A stretch of 52,386 nucleotides of DNA, taken from contig MU004235.1 of assembly GCA_010405405.1 (NCBI GenBank), positions 1,750,538 to 1,802,923 on the forward strand, in the 5' to 3' direction. Shown piece by piece: positions 51,301 through 52,386 of the stretch (position 1 is its first letter; each line of letters starts with the position of its first letter). This DNA comes from Microthyrium microscopicum. Lineage: Eukaryota. Below the pieces are notes generated by a model, which saw nothing but the letters and a program-made list of their open reading frames with translations, ran no database searches and was not told where the DNA came from. The translations under genes and the position numbers were made by a program.

Positions 51301-52386
51301 TTTAAATATAGTAAGTTTAATAATTTTATATTAAGTATATACTAATACTATAAGTAGAGTCTAAAAATAATAAGATTATTATTTTATTACCTACTTATTT
51401 CTATAAGAACTAAATTTATACTAAGCTTAAGGCTCTTCTAAAATCTTATTACTAAGTACGTATTAATTTTAAGTCTCTTCTAAAATTTTATAGCTAAGCT
51501 TAAGCTAAGTATTATTATAATAAGGAGCTTATAATATTAAAGAAGCGTAAGGCCTTAACTTTAGCTTATATTAAGCCTAAGGCTAAGTCTAAGCGTAAGT
51601 TAACTAAGCGTAAGCTAAAAACTATTAACTAGCGTATTTCTAATAAGTCTAAGTTTTATTATATAAAGTACGTACTAATTATAAAAGCCTAAATTATATT
51701 TAAAGAATATATCTAAGGAGCTAAAAATAAATTACTAGTATATATTAAAGTTAGCTTTACTATTAAAGAAGAAGATATTATTAATAATAAGTACGTACTT
51801 AATACCTATAATTCTACTTTACTACTATCTTAATATAAGACTAATATTTAGGCTTAGTATATACTAGACCTAAATTTAGACTATTATAAAGTAAAAGATT
51901 TACTAAGCTAAGTATATACTTATTTTTATATAGTAGTTAAATTAAAACTATAGCCTTAGTATATACTAAAAAACTTATTTCCTTTTCTTTTATAAATTTT
52001 TATTCTTTAAGTAACCTAAAATGCTATTATACTTTTTACTTATACTTAATCTATACTAAAATATATAGTAATTAAAAGTATATACTATTCTAATATATCT
52101 ACTTTCTTAAAGTTTAATAATATAAGATAATACTATAATATAAAGTTATTAATATAATTTATTATTAATTTATTTTAAATAAAAGTAATATATTAAGCTT
52201 ATATTAATAAATAGATTTTAAATATTTATATATATAATTATATATTTAGTATTTAAATTTATCTTTATTATACTTTATTATTTATATTATATTAATTATT
52301 TTATAATTTATTAGTTTTATATATATAATTTTATCTAATATAATTAAACCTTTAATAATTAAATATAAATTATTATTATATATTAT
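45400..52386. mobile_element. AT-rich RIP-degenerated block containing relics of intron-dense genes
   Basis: RIP dinucleotide signature and no ORFs. Many ordered GTAAGT/ATAAGT..TACTAA(C)..AG units of ~45-55 nt. The last ~250 bp are almost pure A/T. Confidence 0.75.
47405..47730 (+). repeat. 91-bp tandem repeat (52-nt intron-like + 39-nt exon-like), ~3.6 copies
   Basis: Intron-like units at 47405-47457, 47497-47548, 47588-47639 and 47679-47730, separated by 39-nt segments that each start tagtac. Confidence 0.85.

Noticed and set aside
1..52386. tRNA/rRNA genes
   Set aside because: No convincing cloverleaf or rRNA motifs seen by eye; tRNAscan-SE or Infernal would be needed to exclude them.

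Overview
Filamentous ascomycete (Pezizomycotina) genomic DNA. A GC-balanced gene island of about 38 kb (~7150-45400) lies between two very AT-rich, TpA-rich, CpA/TpG-depleted blocks (1-~7150 and ~45400-52386) that look like RIP-mutated repeats. The island holds 14 supportable protein genes: three divergent fungal RNase HI-like paralogs (two of them tandem double-domain), a NirA-like Zn2Cys6 transcription factor, a FAR-17a/AIG1 membrane protein, a TRI12-family MFS transporter, YTA7/ATAD2, a probable mitochondrial membrane protein, a PDH E3-binding protein with no lipoyl domain, a CUE-domain protein, NAT3, a strongly divergent TBP paralog, a minimal O6-alkylguanine alkyltransferase and AGC1. Three signals stand out. 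(1) The RNase H trio combines catalytically intact and degenerate domains and shares upstream DNA. (2) The TBP-related gene has no introns and has altered DNA-contact residues. (3) The right AT block looks like an extremely intron-dense micro-exon gene set, with a recurrent palindromic branch-point motif and a 91-bp exon+intron tandem unit. All assignments are by eye from motifs; no searches were run.
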